From NCBI GenBank assembly GCA_963754925.1, contig CAVWHX010000007.1, positions 256,001-320,000 of the forward strand: a stretch of DNA of 64,000 bases. Direction: 5' to 3'. Made by a program: the position numbers and the translations under genes. The notes beneath the pieces are model-generated. The model ran no database searches and had not been told where the DNA came from. It was given only the letters and a program-made list of their open reading frames with translations. Position 1 is the first letter of the stretch, and each line of letters begins with the position of its first letter. Of the stretch, positions 63,091 to 64,000 are shown piece after piece. The stretch comes from an uncultured delta proteobacterium. GTDB taxonomy: Bacteria > Myxococcota > B64-G9.

Positions 63091-64000
63091 ATGGGCGCAT
63101 GGGTACGAGATTTGCAGTCTTCTCATCCCATGTTAACAAAAGATGCACTGCAACAATCATGCTCATCACTGGACAAATCTTTTAGAGTTAAAGGTTTAGA
63201 AAAACTTTTATCTGCCTATCCGGACCAAACCGTTGGGGCGCTCAACGCGTGGCGAAATAATATATCGCCGTTCGCGATACGAACCGATACGCCGATTATT
63301 GATGACCATACAGGCATCATGAGGCGAATCGTCGCATTTTGGAATCTTGTTTCAGATGGTTGGCAACAGGTATGGGGACCGCATATCCACCATGGTTATT
63401 ATGAAGACGGTGGAAACATCACCCCGCTTGAAGCGCAGGAAAAACTTATTGAAAAGCTGGCAATTATCGCAAAAATAGAGCACGGCGAATCGATCCTAGA
63501 TGCCGGCAGCAGCATCGGCGGCGGCAGCAGGTATCTGGCTAAAAATTATGACGCGCGAGTCGAGGGCATCGCTCTCGGTCCAGTTCAGGTGAGACTAGCG
63601 GTGGAGGAATCCGATCGCGCTGGCGTCAGCAACGGAAATTTTAGAAAAAAAGATGCCCATTCCCTCTCAATCTTTCCCGATAAATCATTCGATCTCGTAT
63701 GGTCGCTCGAAAGTTGCGAGCAGTTTTATGACAAAGCATTGTTTATCAGACAGGCGCATCGGGTCCTCAAGAAGAATGGAAGGCTCATCATCGCAACCCG
63801 GTGTTCCGATCGTGATGAATATGAAGGCCGAGAAGCGCGTGCGTACCGCAAGGTATGCAAAGCATTCGATCTCCCCTATATGCCCTCACCCGATTACTAC
63901 CGTCACACCATTGAATCGAGTGGATTTCACCTTGCCGCAGCCGAGGATTGGACATCCTATGTCCAAAGAAGTTGGGACATCGGCATATCATGGGTTGGTG
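63091..64000 (+). CDS. SAM methyltransferase, tocopherol/sterol methyltransferase-like (runs off the window)
   Basis: The frame is open from ATG 63091 to the window end: WGPHIHHGYY, ILDAGSSIGG, FDLVWSLES.E, RVLKKNG. Confidence 0.85.
   Translation, partial: MGAWVRDLQSSHPMLTKDALQQSCSSLDKSFRVKGLEKLLSAYPDQTVGALNAWRNNISPFAIRTDTPIIDDHTGIMRRIVAFWNLVSDGWQQVWGPHIHHGYYEDGGNITPLEAQEKLIEKLAIIAKIEHGESILDAGSSIGGGSRYLAKNYDARVEGIALGPVQVRLAVEESDRAGVSNGNFRKKDAHSLSIFPDKSFDLVWSLESCEQFYDKALFIRQAHRVLKKNGRLIIATRCSDRDEYEGREARAYRKVCKAFDLPYMPSPDYYRHTIESSGFHLAAAEDWTSYVQRSWDIGISWVG

Overview
Accessory, mosaic 64-kb bacterial region. The Cys-rich lipoproteins, CglB-like VWA protein and FHA protein suggest a Deltaproteobacteria/Myxococcota-type host (inference). 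It holds about 50 unrelated cargo genes whose base composition differs sharply by eye. They include a metallophosphoesterase next to a DUF4280 PAAR-like gene, an FGE-sulfatase/CLec lipoprotein with a DGR-like variable tail, a UxaA/SAF pair, several methyltransferases, two LamG proteins sharing a near-identical 819-bp module, an intact IS3-family element, ABC/MarR and RND efflux operons, an alkyl sulfatase, msrAB, an ArsS-type arsenosugar cluster, and TMTC-like, GH3-like, DEAD-box, HAD, CMD and Rieske genes. The main unexplained structure is a degenerate ~240-bp non-coding repeat with imperfect terminal inverted repeats (TG...CA). About 16 full or partial copies lie between ~8.9 and ~53 kb, all in the same orientation and at junctions between cargo modules, giving a cassette-array-like architecture. 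No cognate recombinase or transposase is visible in the window. About a dozen genes carry single-base frameshifts (sequencing error or decay). Family assignments come from motifs recognised by eye, not from database searches.
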